Shown here piece by piece: positions 30,833 through 32,000 of a stretch of DNA of 32,000 nucleotides (its first letter is position 1; each line of letters begins with the position of its first letter). The notes under the pieces were generated by a model. The model saw nothing but the letters and a program-made list of their open reading frames with translations. It had not been told where the DNA came from and ran no database searches. This DNA is from Paramixta manurensis (lineage in GTDB: Bacteria; Pseudomonadota; Gammaproteobacteria; Enterobacterales; Enterobacteriaceae): the NCBI RefSeq assembly GCF_013285385.1, contig NZ_CP054213.1, forward strand, positions 14,681 to 46,680. The letters are read 5' to 3'. The position numbers were made by a program, and so were the translations under genes.

Positions 30833-31458
30833 CGGCCACCTCCGCTTTCCTGCAGCAACTGTTTCGCTGTCAGAGCGCATTCGCCCCGCCGCGCGATGTT
30901 TTCCAGCGCCTCTTTTATCGTCAGGCTGCCGTAAAGAACGTCGTATTTTCCCGGGCAGGTTACGACCAGTGCAGGGACGGCCCTGATGCCGTACTGCACA
31001 AACAGCGTCGGGTCAATCTGTACACCGGCCTCCTTATCCTGTTTCGAGAGTTCAAACACAGCGGAGGCCGTTTTTCGGAAATCATTATCCAGTAATCCCC
31101 GGATGGTGGCCGGTATGCCGAACCGGCGGGCATCCTGAAGCATAGGCAGCAGGCCTTCTTGCGGAATGCCGAGGCTGACAAAGTAGACCGCCCTCTGAAC
31201 CGGCCGGGTGGCGCTGTTTTCCGTCGCCTGCGCCGCCGCAATGTCGTTCTGTATTTTATCAACCTTCGCCTGCTGACTGTCCGGAAGCGCAAAATTCATC
31301 CCGCTAATCTGTTTTTTAAACGTTTCCAGATCACGCTGTTGCTCTTTCATCCACTGCACGTCATGGTCAGATACAACGGGCATTGCTGAGGCAAATGTCA
31401 GTCCGGCATACGTCATCAGAACGCTGGTGATAAGCGTACGAATGTGATTATTTTTCAT
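30829..31458 (-). CDS. trbC: TrbC pilus-assembly periplasmic protein (209 aa)
   Basis: It has a signal peptide and lies between traU and traN. Its length and the blocks VYFVSLGIP, ATIRGL and DPTLF..Y.I..VPALVV are typical of F-type TrbC. Confidence 0.8.
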   Translation of the reverse strand: MKNNHIRTLITSVLMTYAGLTFASAMPVVSDHDVQWMKEQQRDLETFKKQISGMNFALPDSQQAKVDKIQNDIAAAQATENSATRPVQRAVYFVSLGIPQEGLLPMLQDARRFGIPATIRGLLDNDFRKTASAVFELSKQDKEAGVQIDPTLFVQYGIRAVPALVVTCPGKYDVLYGSLTIKEALENIARRGECALTAKQLLQESGGGR

Positions 31459-31467
31459 GGGGTGCCC

Positions 31468-32000
31468 TTACAAAAATGCGCAGTTACGCTTGCGCCACAG
31501 CAGATAGCCGAAGTTTTTCTTTGTTGCGGGAGAGTTATGCACCGAGCCCCAGAGCTGCGTGGTGGTACCAAACGGATGGCAGTCCTCCGTTTCCGGGTAC
31601 ATGTTTACCATCTGGTAACGCCAGCGCGACTTGGGGATGATCGGAGAGGGATATTCGTGGCAGACGGCGACATCAGCGCCGACACTCTCCATGACCAGCC
31701 CTTCCCGGTGCAGCTTGAAAGCCATTCGCTCACTGACCAGCACCGACGCTTCCAGCGGCGAAAACTCATTGCTGATATAGCCAGTAAACGGATACATACT
31801 GCCCTGCGCGCCGGCACACCAGAACAACGGGTCCAGCGGAAGCCCGGATGTGGATGCCACCGCATCTGCGGCGCAGGCACCCTGTGCCAGCAGGTTGTTG
31901 AATAGCGCGACTTCAGGATTAATTAGCATGGAAAGGGTACTGTCATTCCACAGCGGATCGACTTCGGACAGGTAGGCGATATCCATATCGCCGGTCTGCA
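31468..32000 (-). CDS. traU: TraU (3' portion; the 5' end lies beyond the window)
   Basis: The frame stays open to the window edge. The C-terminal sequence ...FWCAGAQGSMYPFTGY...RMAFKLHREG...YQMVNMYPE...NFGYLLWRKRNCAFL is characteristic of F-type TraU. The ORF-track Met at 31986 is internal. Confidence 0.88.
   Translation of the reverse strand, partial: QTGDMDIAYLSEVDPLWNDSTLSMLINPEVALFNNLLAQGACAADAVASTSGLPLDPLFWCAGAQGSMYPFTGYISNEFSPLEASVLVSERMAFKLHREGLVMESVGADVAVCHEYPSPIIPKSRWRYQMVNMYPETEDCHPFGTTTQLWGSVHNSPATKKNFGYLLWRKRNCAFL

Overview
This window looks like part of an F-like (MPF-F / MOB-F) conjugative plasmid from an enterobacterial host, carrying an IncFII-type replicon. All family assignments come from motif recognition and recalled reference sequences (F, R1/R100). 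No database search was run.

(1) From about 11.7 kb to the right edge, the minus strand is one tightly packed, GC-rich operon. It is the distal half of an F-type tra region in canonical order: traU (partial), trbC, traN, traF, a trbA-position ORF, a traQ-position ORF, trbB, a trbJ-position ORF, a trbF-position ORF, traH, traG, traS, traT, traD, traI. Most junctions are ATGA/GTGA-type overlaps. traX and finO are not where F has them. A DsbA-family CxxC oxidoreductase gene follows traI instead.

(2) The 7.6-10.0 kb stretch is a typical IncFII basic replicon on the minus strand. It has copB, PrepA, the antisense copA RNA with a CGCCAA loop, the tap leader peptide coupled to a GTG-started repA, and oriR with a DnaA box and AT-rich tract. 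It also has an inverted pair of Tus-type Ter sites.

(3) The left 7.5 kb is mosaic accessory DNA with no recognisable housekeeping function. Candidates for undescribed biology are:
- a small ORF overlapping a zeta-toxin-like P-loop kinase (162-1158);
- a RelB/DinJ-type RHH domain fused to a long helical domain (1556-2476);
- an AT-rich islet of small ORFs behind a Ner-like regulator (2944-4370);
- a cytoplasmic protein with a GH24-lysozyme-like C-terminal segment, tightly coupled to a secreted partner (4525-5998, effector/immunity-like);
- a DUF1173-like protein with a Cys/His cluster and a PD-(D/E)xK-like C-terminal motif (6188-7507).

Within the tra region three things stand out. TrbB has a CPYS monothiol motif instead of CxxC. 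An AT-rich cassette covers traS plus the traG 3' end. TraI carries a proline-rich insertion.
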